Assembly: GCA_002633005.1 (NCBI GenBank)
Contig: NMRA01000050.1
Location: 1,124,718-1,188,717, forward strand
DNA: 64,000 bases
Direction: 5' to 3'
From: Phoronis australis
Taxonomy: Eukaryota; Animalia; Phoronida
The notes beneath the pieces were generated by a model that saw nothing but the letters and a program-made list of their open reading frames with translations, had not been told where the DNA came from and did not search any database. How positions within the stretch are numbered: the first letter of the stretch is position 1; the number at the start of each line of letters is the position of its first letter. Made by a program: the position numbers and the translations under genes. Below are positions 23,601-33,900 of this stretch, in pieces.

Positions 23601-24019
23601 GAGCATTATGGCGCCAACACTTTGAGGTGGAATATGTACTACGGAGTACACGACAGGTGGCAGTCTGCGTTGTTGGGTTGCTATGAGAAACATGACATAG
23701 CTGTCTAAGAAGATTCGCTGAAAGCGGTGATAATCCTCGAAGTGAGGGAGGTCAAGCATGTCTGGTTTTGACCAATGAGAGTTATTCAGCGCACCGATTA
23801 CACTGCACCTGTTCCTCTTGATGGGTTCTTCAAATTGTATGTCTGTATCATAGATTAATTTGATCTGTTTCAGTTGATGGTTTCTGCAAGTTGCCAGCAG
23901 GGGAAGTTGCAATCCAGATGTACGTAGAATCATGCAATGGAATAAACGGAAATGACGCATACACGTGCTATGGAAGCGGCTGTCGCATCGTTGCGCATGA
24001 AGTGTGCGTAAACGAATAA
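5367..24019 (+). CDS. Gene A: secreted protein, signal peptide + PAN/Apple-like domain + 3 tandem CTHRC1 C-terminal-like domains, no collagen repeat (~540 aa, 10 exons)
   Basis: Exons 5367-5673, 6159-6253, 6930-7116, 16276-16434, 18262-18344, 18650-18842, 19321-19470, 20148-20248, 21968-22169, 23874-24019. All introns are GT-AG, phases join into one open frame (1623 nt incl. TAA), and every exon has a counterpart in gene B. Motifs KKQNHTSLRVQFRGVL..RW..INGQPC..PGSIE / DGIC..TGW..ITIEE resemble the CTHRC1 C-terminus (FTKMRSNSALRVLFSGSL..RWYFTFNGAECSGPLPIE / EGLC..TGW..IIIEE, recalled). Caveat: intron 3 contains an N gap. Confidence 0.88.
6159..6253 (+). CDS. Gene A exon 2 (start of CTHRC1-like domain 1)
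   Basis: ttttcag|..TRKKCTDTGATNVRHFYYPGFHSTVKNGTLK|gtacag; same 95-nt length as 31477-31571. Confidence 0.85.
6930..7116 (+). CDS. Gene A exon 3 (core of CTHRC1-like domain 1)
   Basis: tttttcag|NLTYEKKQNHTSLRVQFRGVL...INGQPCHYPGSIE...HHSSR|gtaagc. Confidence 0.9.
8189..8236. other. Assembly gap (N run) next to a GC-rich microsatellite
   Basis: Run of N in gene A intron 3. Confidence 0.99.
8237..11254 (+). mobile_element. Helentron-associated (HINE/DINE-like) non-autonomous repeat, interrupted by Kolobok copy 1
   Basis: (CCGT/CCGG)-type microsatellite at 5' end, internal ~130-140 bp diverged subunits with a ~400 bp higher-order period, 3' hairpin caacgctccgcgttg then CTCTTGTT; subunit pattern resumes across the TTAA insertion; 5' end lost in the N gap. 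Confidence 0.6.
8734..10381. mobile_element. Non-autonomous Kolobok-type DNA transposon, copy 1
   Basis: TTAA on both sides (8730-8733, 10382-10385); TIR AGGAGAATGCCACCC / GGGTGGCATGCTCCT; degenerate THAP-like translation (YRFFLLPRECEILRKWL...LRVCGL); closely similar copy at 57564-59211. Confidence 0.8.
13438..16002. mobile_element. Fossil ISL2EU-like (Harbinger-related) DNA transposon
   Basis: TIR GGGGCTTTTCGGAGAATT / AATTTTCCGAATAGCCCT flanked by AT on both sides; + strand THAP remnant 13552-13701 (YYCYFSWCKCSTGGHKLPKDLRLLHSWSIAVK..WMPKS) continuing at 14267 (KRLKPAA*PSI); - strand YqaJ remnant ~14982-14870 (LKLKKT*..VQGQILGTKRVK*YAVVFTFKNL). Confidence 0.72.
16276..16434 (+). CDS. Gene A exon 4 (end of domain 1)
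   Basis: gacag|IDGICDDIPVGTTKIQFAV...TGWPLKDQIGMSITIEENDVRKAE|gtaagc. Confidence 0.88.
18262..18344 (+). CDS. Gene A exon 5 (start of domain 2)
   Basis: ttctag|GTCPPLSRFNVQQQVWLNESSVKNATLW|gtacga; 83 nt as in gene B. Confidence 0.85.
18650..18842 (+). CDS. Gene A exon 6 (core of domain 2)
   Basis: attcag|SQEFEKRADNTAVHVIFLG...RWTIHFNGSTCKDPGPVSG...TNG|gtaagt. Confidence 0.9.
19321..19470 (+). CDS. Gene A exon 7 (end of domain 2)
   Basis: cttttag|VDGICKDLPSGKLNISLHV...ATGLFSPNRWIVEEVRMGGPNAV|gtatgt. Confidence 0.9.
20148..20248 (+). CDS. Gene A exon 8 (start of domain 3)
   Basis: ttttcag|DLLNVEHICSVSDYNIQQWYWNTGDPTDVGNLSY|gtacga. Confidence 0.87.
20336..20407 (-). pseudogene. tRNA-derived sequence (SINE head or tRNA pseudogene)
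   Basis: - strand gctgcaTGGTGTAGTGGtaaagtcggcgtccagcaattccagggtcccgGGTTCGACTCCgtcctcgg has Pol III A and B boxes, but acceptor and anticodon stems pair poorly. Confidence 0.55.
21312..21583 (-). mobile_element. 5'-truncated RTE-clade LINE
   Basis: - strand RKWRWVGHTLRKADESITKQALSCNPHGSRRRGRLVQTW...NRSRWRSVKEAL; short TAAG-type tail; 10-bp TSD GATATAACGT at 21302-21311 and 21584-21593. Confidence 0.85.
21968..22169 (+). CDS. Gene A exon 9 (core of domain 3)
   Basis: atttcag|NATFNKQSPISYLRVYYQGNLRQSGRCSTWGFLLNGERCQDPGPIAGGIY...NHMMI|gtgagt. Confidence 0.9.
23874..24019 (+). CDS. Gene A exon 10 (end of domain 3, stop)
   Basis: gtttcag|IDGFCKLPAGEVAIQMYVESCNGINGNDAYTCYGSGCRIVAHEVCVNE*; AATAAA at 24052-24057. 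Confidence 0.9.
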
Positions 24020-24174
24020 TTTGCAGTATTTGGATTGGGACTGTGCATTACAATAAATTTACACGTTTGCTTATTTTCTAAGAGGTTTTCGTCATTGTTT
24101 CAGGTACAGGTATACAGTGGTTGTCGACACTACACTGTTGTAGAGGCTAGATCATATAATTCAACAAACAGGGA

Positions 24175-24920
24175 AAACATTGCCTTCCGAGTTCTTTGCG
24201 TCCCGGTTCACTGTGTTATGGTTCTATGCGTACCGGATTCTATGAGACCCGTTTTCTATTTGCCTCGGATTCTTATTGTCCCAGTTTACATGTGTACCTG
24301 GTCTTTTGCGTTTTATTCCAGGTGATAAGCGTACGATTGTGCAAGTTTTAGCTTAAATCGCCTTTTTTAAGTCCAGATGACAATTTTGAGTCGAAATCAT
24401 CACAGAATAACATGGTAAAACATTCGGCAAGTAAGAAACTAACATGTTGTTTTGTCTATCCTCATCGGATCCTGGTATTTGTCAGATCAAGCAATACCCC
24501 ACCCCTGGAAATTTTTAATACGAGCTGGATCTAAAAAACGCGCCTTTAATTTGCAAATTCTGGCTAGGTCACCAACGGCGACCTAGTGTCTATTTCTTGA
24601 CTGGTCATGTGCTGACTAGGGACTTATAGAACCCTATTTGAAAATAACCGTTATGCCCCTGGAGAAATTGTCCAGCTTGCGTGTACATTTGTATGAATGG
24701 AGCATCGGGGTACTCCGCGTCCAAATGCTGGCTTTCAAATAAACGCAGCTACATGTATGGTATTCTACATGGAGACAATCACAACTACCACATCGGGACA
24801 CCTAGAAACCAAGAAACTTAAAGCACCCTCCGATACACAGAAAAGTGGACACACAGAACCCGGGACAAGTAGAACCCTGCTATCAATGAAATTGGGCACA
24901 TGAATCCCGGACGACTCTTT
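24175..24920. repeat. Foldback-like element with inverted arms of ~15-bp subrepeats, just 3' of gene A
   Basis: Left arm GTTCTATG.GTCCCG-like units (24185-24320); right arm complementary CGGGACA..TAGAACC units (24790-24915). Confidence 0.5.
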
Positions 24921-25953
24921 ACGTCACGAAATGAATGTGGTAGGGCTTTTGCTGGATAGGGAATCTGACCGTGAAGGATTGTTTGATGTCAAAACACGTT
25001 CACTCAATGCCACTAGCAATGATTAATGAACAAAGGTTGTTGTCAGTAGGTCATAACATATTTTATAGAATGGTTTAATTCGTGTCGTCAGCAGGATATA
25101 ACTGTGAAGTATTTTCATATTTCTTGAGGAAATAAATGTTAACAGAACATTGGAAAATTCAATAAAATGTCTGAAAGTGATATAACCCGTGTCTAAATTG
25201 TTCATCGTTTAAGTAAGTACAAACATATAAACATGCATACATAAAAACATGTATCGAATTATTTGAAAGAGAAGTGCGAATAGTAGGCTAAACTGAAGAT
25301 ATGAAGAACGCCTTGTATGATTCGCATTCAATACAAATTATCGAGATCAATAGAAACACGACAAGTCGATATTGTAAAGGAAATGAAAGATGTAAAAATT
25401 TCATTCCGTCCAACATAGGCCATAGTCCATTCGACTCTAAGAAGGCAGCCTAGAAAATCACTTCCGTGGCCACTTTTTGTGGGCAAAATAATTTTGGTGT
25501 TTTTAAGGTCATTAAGTACTATACTTTAAGAATCTAAAAAGTTCCCAAAAACGTGAGATACTGAAATCTGCTCAACATTTGAATTTTCAAGATAAATGTA
25601 ATTGCTGAGCACAGGCAAATTTTCCATTTTTTTCCTAAATTCCAAGCACTGCTCATGATTTTACATAAATAGGGTATCAAAATAGGCTTAGAAATTCATA
25701 AAAATCAGTCCTAATCACTCACATGTAGGTACTGATGTCAGAGAACAAACTACTCACGGCAACCACCCAGGGCAACAGGTCAGTGCTAATAAAGGATATC
25801 GAGTGTAAGTGTCGGGTTTGTTGAATGATCTTGCCGACAAATCGTTGACTGTATGGAACCGTACCTTGATAGTTTTGCTTGATGAGCATTAGCAACAAAA
25901 TGAAAATGAACCAAAAAAATTAGGCTTGACTTGCTAGTGGGATCCACTGAAAA

Positions 25954-26016
25954 GACGCGTACACGTGCTATGGTGGCGGATGTCGTATCGTTGCTCAAGA
26001 AGTGTGCACAAACGAG
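25954..26016 (+). pseudogene. Orphan fragment of exon 10 from a third PAN-CTHRC1-like paralogue
   Basis: Translates DAYTCYGGGCRIVAQEVCTNE (A: DAYTCYGSGCRIVAHEVCVNE; B: DAYTCNGGCRIVAQEVCVNE); 5' part of the exon and its acceptor are missing. Confidence 0.8.
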
Positions 26017-27056
26017 TATTTGGTCTACGTGGGCTAGAAATATTTCTTTCAATAACATGCTACCAGCATGCTTATTTCCTTCAGTCTGAGCTAAAGTGAT
26101 TGAGATGACATTATTATGTTCCACAATTCATGGTGGTATGTACAAGAACCTGCAATGGTGGCGGGCACGTGGCCAGCTCTGCAGTTATTGAGCACTTAAA
26201 CAAGTAATACACTGAATAGTGAAAACTTAAAATTGACACGTGCCTTCAGGTACAGTAGATGTGCATTTGTTAATCATGTTTAGTATGCGTAGCATCCATT
26301 CGGTCAACAGTCGGCTTGTTTTCTCTCTACCCGAGTAGCTTTTGATGTCGTAACGCGTTCACGCAGTGCCACGTAGGGCAGTTCATGGAGCTGTTAACAA
26401 AGGCCTCTCTTGAGCATGTGTGGCTTTTGAAATATACGGTTTCGCTTGTACCCACTAATATAGCGCCACATATCGAAAAGAGCCCTGTTGAAAAATGATG
26501 AACGACACACTGAATTACATGTACGTCTGAGGGCATCAATGCGCATGCCTTGGTAGGTTTCATTACTTTAACCAATGAGAAGCCATGTTAACAAAAGACA
26601 GTGCACTGCGAAAAAAATGTTTCTCGGTACAAAACGTGACCACGAAAATGTTAATAGTTTAGACCAAAAGAGCGACACTTTACACTGTTATTGCTATCGT
26701 TTTAACCAATGCCGGAACAAGGTATTTTGCGTTCAATTCAATCTTTACTCAATTCAAATCACTGACATTTGCCGTGCAGTGTTGAGATAGGCTTACCTGG
26801 GTGACTGTTCTGTCTCGTCTATGTGTTGCAGTATTCACATTTGCGCAAAATTCACGTGTTCAACCGCCGTTTGCAACTTGTCTACTTTTGTATGTACATA
26901 TTAACCCGTATAATATGTACCTTGTTGTACACAGTTTGTTTGACAGTCGGATTTATTTCCTGTTACATACATACGCAGTCGGTACAACACAGTCTAGGAT
27001 GTTTGGTTACATAACACTGTTTGAGCAAATAAATGTTTAAGGAGCCAAGCTGAATT

Positions 27057-27348
27057 CAGTGGCGGATTCAGGGGGGCCAAGGGGGCCATGTCCCCCCCCC
27101 CTAAAATTTTACCAGATACCATTTGGCAGCTCGGGTGCGAATCGCTGACTAGCACATGCGCCAGGGGGTGAATAAACAATGCATAGGCCTTGAACAATTA
27201 CCTATTTTTTTTAGTCAAAAAGTCCGCAAACCCAAAAATTCGAGTGCCCTGCATCCCTACATTTTAGGCTGGGCGCGCGCATCTGCCGAAATTCTGGTTA
27301 TTCCTGTGCCCTTTCCCCCCATAGCTCAAAATCCTGGATCCGCCCCTG
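27057..27348. mobile_element. MITE with CAG(T/G)GGCGGAT(T/C)CAGG TIRs
   Basis: cagtggcggattcagg ... cctggatccgcccctg with gaatt duplicated on both flanks; a similar right end lies at 1-33. Confidence 0.7.
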
Positions 27349-28458
27349 GAATTGATTAAATTATTGAAAACTGTGATACTGCTACGTCTGCAAGTGTTTC
27401 TCTTTTAAAGTTTGCAATTTTGAGTAAAGAGAGGAGAAGTGCTACGTTAATTATGGTTTGTAGGATATGCTCGTAGCGCCACCATTTGACAGTGCCAGCC
27501 GGTAGTGTAAATTTCCTAACGCTCAGATATCCGTAGAACTTGTTAAGCTTGTATCGATAGTGCCAACACAGGCCTGTAACCAGACTGCAACCATGTTGTG
27601 GTCTCTGTATGTCTGTGAGGGGTTCAGCTTTGTTGCACGACGCGAGGTCACTGATTTCAGACACCTTTTGGTCAATTTTTTCACTCTTTCCACTTGGTGT
27701 TTTCTAACGATCCGAGAGCTGTAAGATTCCAACAGTTCTTCCAAAAAGAATTAAAACACAAAAACCAAAAAGACAGTTAGTGCATGCCGTTACGTTTAAC
27801 AGAGACTAATTCAGAATCGACATGTTTATCATGAAAAAACAACGTTTTGATGCGTAGGCATCTGTCTAGTCCTCACTATTTGCCCCTATAGTACATTGCA
27901 TCATCGTGTTTTTTATTTCTCCTCGAGAACATTTATTCCCCGTTGGAAAGAGACATCTCATACTTACAAAACTCTTGATAGCAATATCGGAAAAAAACAA
28001 AAAATTTAACAAACACATGTCACGTTAAATTTGATTGTTCAGTTTCAAGAATTTACATGTACGAGTACATTGACTGCAAAGATCGTTGACATTTACGCAA
28101 CATTCTATCACCTTTGCATTGGCATGACTAAACTCTCATTTAATCGATTACAGCAGAGTTGAGATGGCGTTGACATAAACAATGATCTATTGACCGAACT
28201 CGAGTTGACTGATATTGATAGAGAATATCCGCCATTGGTTCCTGAAAGCGTGTTACTGCCCTCTTCATTGTAACATCGTCGCAGTTACAGGGACTGGACC
28301 TCATGTTTTATGTAAATGATATGTCATTCTATACCGCGCTGTCACGTAATATCTAATAAGACCTCAATTCTTTGAAGACATCAGGGAAAAATAATTTACC
28401 ACTACACGTTCGTGACGGTTTGATGTTGTTGCTGGAGGAAAAGAAACAGGAGGCGTCT

Positions 28459-28855
28459 CAGCCTCGTCCCCAAGCCCCAAGATGGCGCTGAAGGGCTTAA
28501 CCATTGGAGGCTTGGTTTGTGGAATTACCTTTTGCGCAATGATTGGCCGCTGTCTTGACGTCATTAAAACAAAGGCAGATTATAAATAGTCTCACATGCG
28601 TTGTTGCTGCCATTCATGAAGCAGAAGGAATGTTTTGGTCATTGTTTGGAATAAAGGCTGCATTAATGTAGACCTAAATTGCTGCAATATACCGTTAGAT
28701 TTCATCTTTTTATAAAATAGCAGAAAATTACGTTAGCAGTGATATTCCGTGATTATCATAATTATTTGTCAGAATTCTGACATATTTCATTTCGCATAAC
28801 CAAGTCCCAATTGGTTAAACCAGTCAGTGCCATTTGAGACTTAGGGACGAGGCTG
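28459..28855. mobile_element. ~400 bp MITE (TIR CAGCCTCGTCCC(C/T)AAG)
   Basis: cagcctcgtccccaag / cttagggacgaggctg; diverged second copy starts at 63709. Confidence 0.65.
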
Positions 28856-29914
28856 GGGGCGTGCACATGTAGGGTAGACACCAGCAGCCGATTTCATGAG
28901 GAAGGTTTAAAGTTAAACCTGATTTAAACTAGAATTAGACAAGGTTTAAAGATAATCTGCATTTCATAAAGGTGGTTAAACTTTTAGTCCAGTGGTCTAG
29001 TAAAACTTGGTTTAACTCCACCAGGTTTGACTTAAGACCGCATCTTCGGATTCTTCTGAATGAGTTCCACCTCCATTGGTCGCCTATTTCCAATGGTCCC
29101 CGATTTTATGTTGCTGAACAGGGGCCCTGCCCCCTTTGGCCGCTACTATCAACAAAACTTAGATATCCTATTATGAATATACATGTGTGATGTCGCTGCC
29201 AGACAAATGACGTGACGTCATCAGATGCTATCAAGCTATCGCAATGTAGAAAAAGATTTCTTTCAGTTATCACACTATTGAGAACAGAATAATATTATAT
29301 CTCAAGAATAATCGAGAAAGCAAATGAATCGTTCGACGTCTCTCAGAACTCGATATTTGCATTGTGACTAATATCTAACTAGGACCTTACCTCATGGATA
29401 TGGAAGGCTCCAAATGAAAAAAAATACTTCTGTTACCACTTATCCATTGTAAGTTCATTTCAAGATCATTAGCTCCATTCTTAACTAAGAGCAACAATGA
29501 GAAACTTTAAGGCGTTCAGGGAATCTAGAATCTTTTGAGATTGGCGAGGTCACACAAGCCTTTGAAAAGCGAAGCACGTTAACTGACACTGAGAAGGACC
29601 TTGCATTTCGGGACACGCGCAGTGTTTTCTTTTTTGTGAAAAGCGACTTCAATTTGAAGAATTATGTCCAAAATTTGGTCTGGCGCTTCGTTTTCTTCAT
29701 TACTGAATAATGTTATTGCAAATTTAGCGCATCTCAACTAAGCAATAGTGCATATAAATTATCTAACTAAAGAGCAAATCTTGAGTGTGCTCTCATCTAC
29801 TTTATGCATTGTTGACTTGACATACAGTTATTTGGGAAGTAATTCTACGGAACGTTAGCCGGATGTTCTGTTTTAATTCTCAAGTGAGTCTTCGTAACCG
29901 AGCTAGTCACCAAC

Positions 29915-29995
29915 GATCATCAGTGATCAGCATTGATCAGTTAGTGATCAGCAGTGATCAGCAGTGATCAGCAGTGGTCAGCAGTGGTCAGCCAG
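29915..29995. repeat. (CAGTGATCAG)n 10-mer tandem repeat
   Basis: cagtgatcagcagtgatcagcagtggtcag... Confidence 0.85.
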
Positions 29996-30654
29996 CAGCG
30001 GTTATTAAAGGGACATCATCGCCTAGAAACATGATTTTCTGAAGTTAGACTCAGAGTGGAGTCGCACCTGCAAGTCTGTGGTCGCAGTCAAACCCTTTAC
30101 TGCCTAACTATACCCCCGCGTATGTACTTATAGTCATGTCACTTTGATTTTAGCGGTTGTTTGACACCTAACGTCGAGAATTTGCGATCTGTAACAATAA
30201 TAACAAAAGCCCAAAGTGTTTCGTCGTCTTTTGGCTCTGGTAGGCCTAAAAGATTAATAACTTCAAAAAGTCTATCACGTTCAGCAATTAACCTCAAACT
30301 TTTTATTACGTGCAACTTGCCCTTTAATAAGTGTTTTGCAGCATTTCAAATATAAACAGACTAGCAGTGAACAATGAGGAGTTACTTAAGTGTCTGTGAT
30401 CGCCTTCATTTTTCTGCGTTCGGTCGGTTGTTGGAAAAGCTTTTCCTTAGATATTTGCATAGCAAGTATTAAAATTCAGATTGCTTACGTAACCTTGACT
30501 AAGTAATCAGTTGCGCTTTCAAGTGATGTTTTCACGTCACAGCTACTTAAGCGCTCTATAGTTTAAAGCAAACCAATGAGGCATTCGTTCTGATTGAAGT
30601 AAAACCGATTTAGGGAATAGACTTTGCACACAAGTTTTGGGAAACGTACTGTAG

Positions 30655-30958
30655 ATGGGTGAATTGAAATTATTCGTTACGTGTCTCGTCAGCGCTTGTA
30701 TTTTTCAAGTCAGTTGCTTTGGAAGACAGAAGAAATACAATCTGGTCAGTTCGAAGCGTATCGTGAATGCCGTCGTCAAAAATTTCACGGCGTCGTCTAA
30801 GATGGTCTGTGGAGATCTCTGTCTTCAAGAAAAGGGTTGTTTATCCTTCAATTTTAAGAGTGTCGATAACCTCTGTCGACTGTTCCCGTGCGTTAGCCAG
30901 TCGAGTTTGGTCGACGATTCTGATTGGGACTTTTACACTTCTGCCTGCGCAGTAGCTG
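30655..30958 (+). CDS. Gene B exon 1: signal peptide + PAN/Apple-like domain
   Basis: MGELKLFVTCLVSACIFQVSC...CGDLCLQEKGCLSFNFKSVDNLCRLFPC...DWDFYTSACAVA|gtagga. Confidence 0.88.
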
Positions 30959-33900
30959 GTAGGAAAATGATTACGTTCTTTAGTTTCTTTAATAAATTTG
31001 ACGCAATTTCAATTTACATGATTGCGCAGTTTTTAAACTTGGCCGCTAACGATCTCATGAAGACTTCCTAGACTTAACCCAAATGTTTCAGCACACGATG
31101 GTGTTTAAAACATATAATAGCAGCACGGCAAAAAAAGTGTGAAGGCTCTTTTCGCGTAATATTGTGTCACTGCAAGAAAGCAGCAACCAAACAACTGTAG
31201 TCAACAGTATTTTGAACTTTCACTGGTTCACGCGGAGAGGTAGGTATCTGTCGCCGGGACCAGAGTATATTGAATAGAACACCGACTTCTGGGGGTTTCT
31301 TTGCTGTTTCTTGCCCTGACGTAAGCGAAAGTCAGGTCACGCGCTGTGACAGTGCGTCGAAGGTTCAAGTCTACACCATGATCTTGTGATTGTATATTTA
31401 GTGTTTTAACTACTAGGCCAGTGAGTATTCTTTAAGCAGTTGTATGGCATTCTTCTTCTTGTTCGAATGTTTTCAGGAACCACAAATGAATGTACAGACA
31501 TGGGCGCGACAAACCTTCAGCATTTCTATTACCCTAGTTTTCATTCAACTACCAAGCATGGAATTGTTACGGTAAATGTCCTAAATTAAGCAGAAAACTT
31601 CAACAAAACTCTGTACTCATGTACTTTCCAATTAGGATTGCTATTTCTGTTGGCGATCTTTCAAGGGGCGTTTTTTTTTTCGGAGATCTCCGGTACTCCT
31701 AGGCAAGTGAAACCTGACGTTAAAACCTGCATTTCGCCTAAATTAGTTGGGTAAATAAAAAACAAAAATAGATTTGGACATTTTACTCTCATAAGGCGTC
31801 CTCGTGGTTTACTTTTAGCGTGAAAGTATTCTATTTCCGTTATGTGCAATAACAATAATTCTGTTATGCACTCAACAAGACGCTTTTCGAGTTTGTTGAT
31901 GTTGGCCAGCCCTAAAATTATGAAAATGACTCGTGTACTTATTCCTGTGATGAATTCTATCACTGTAAGGAGTATTATGAGGATTGTTCAAAAACCCTCT
32001 TGACCCATGACCCCCTTGTCTCACGTCCCACAACCCCCTCGGTCCAGCCTATACAAGCTCAACTGATTATGTAATAAGGGCTGACTTGCATCAATATCCA
32101 GTGGGGCCGGGAGCTCAGCTGGCTTTTCTTTGCTTTTTTGCAATTAAGAGAGCTGATTAGGCAAGTTTGAAGCCAAAAACGGAAAAAGACAAAGCGACCA
32201 AATCAAATCAAAGACCTACCACCGTTACAGATGACGTTCCCGGCAGAGTGTAATCGTCTCTGCTGCTCTTTAGTGAATGGCAACTTCAAGCAAGTTGGAG
32301 AGACTGCGAGGAGCCGACGAATATGTAATTTCTTCAGTATATTCATTTGGAAAAATACTGTTACTCTAAAAAGTTTTCTCAATGTTGTATGGCGTACAAT
32401 GTATATTTTAAACGAGTATGCAGAAGAAATCAAATAATAATAATGTAAAATCGTGTACATTCACGTTATCGTACTCTCTCCTTACGCTTACTAGAAAGGA
32501 ATCATTGGTAATCTCTCGTGGAACTATTTCCGTGACAAAAAATATCTCGCTCAAAATCTGGTATTTCAGATTACGTTCTCACGTCACTTTCTGTTTTAAC
32601 CGCCAGACGTGAGCCAGACCAGATTTGCGTGCAGGTATGTTTTATGGGAAAGTGATTCAGTGCCGTAATATAGTAATGAAATGTGTCAAAAGCGCAAAGG
32701 TACATGTACATATATTGCCACAAGTCGTGGGTCGAGAGAGTTGTGGGTCGTTAGTCGTGGGGGTTGTGGGTAGAGGGGGTCGAGGAAGTTTGAGAACAAT
32801 CCTTCTTATGTGACCGATTTTACTGGGAATAAACTGCTTTCTTTATTTTCAAATTCAGTCAGCTAAACATGGCGAATTGCAGTTTTAGCAATAAATTGTA
32901 GATGTTTATCATGCTTTGTACTATTTCCATTTTCACGCAGTTCTAAGGATTTAGTTGGTGGACTTTGTGCAACGTGTACTATATTGTAAAGAGCAGTCTT
33001 GTTGATTTTTAATTCACTCAAAATAATAAAAACCACAACAACAGCAGTTGCTGACGTGGTAGAACCTGGATTTTATAGGATATGACTTACGACAAGAAGC
33101 TAAATCATACGTCCCTGCGCGTGCAGTTTCGCGCAGTTCTCAGGACCACTTACATGAAAATGGGGTGCACTCGTTGGTACTTTCGAATCAACGGACAACC
33201 GTGTCAACATCCGGGCCCTATCGAGATCACATGGTTTGGTTATGGAATGATAAATAGGTACCATTCTTCAAGAGGTAAGTGAATAAATATTGTAGCTATC
33301 CCTGTGTTAAAATGTTCGCAACATCTTATGTGCTCAGATAAATAAAGAATTTTATAATAGATTTTGTCTCTAGCAACTCGAAATTGACTTCTGGTAAAAA
33401 AGGTCAGGTAGGAATTTATTACCTTCGTCTAATCTGTGGTTAAATGTTAAGACGAAAGATTGTCAAAACTATTGCACATCGTGCGCATATCGCTTGCATT
33501 TGTTTACCTGATTCTCGGTCTAGCAAAACGTTCTTGACCAAGACGTCCTGGCTTCATCATCTATAGCGAAGGCAAATCTACCCCTGCCATTAAGGGGAGT
33601 GTACATGTATACACTGGTAAAATGTTCAGATTTTATCTATAATGAGTACAAAGGGGGTTTAACTAGTTAGAAATGACTTTGAAAGTGACAAAAATCGAAG
33701 AAAAAGCTTTTATTGTACTTCAGTTTTTTAATATCTTATTTTTTAATTTTCAAAAAATTTTCCCTCGAATTTTTTTCAAAATGTTAAGGGATTATCATCA
33801 ACTGTTTCCTTGTGCAACATTCTGCTTATCCATACCAAATATGTGTACAAAATCATTATGATCTTGATTTTGTGGCATTTTTTGTGTGTGAGTTGGGGCA

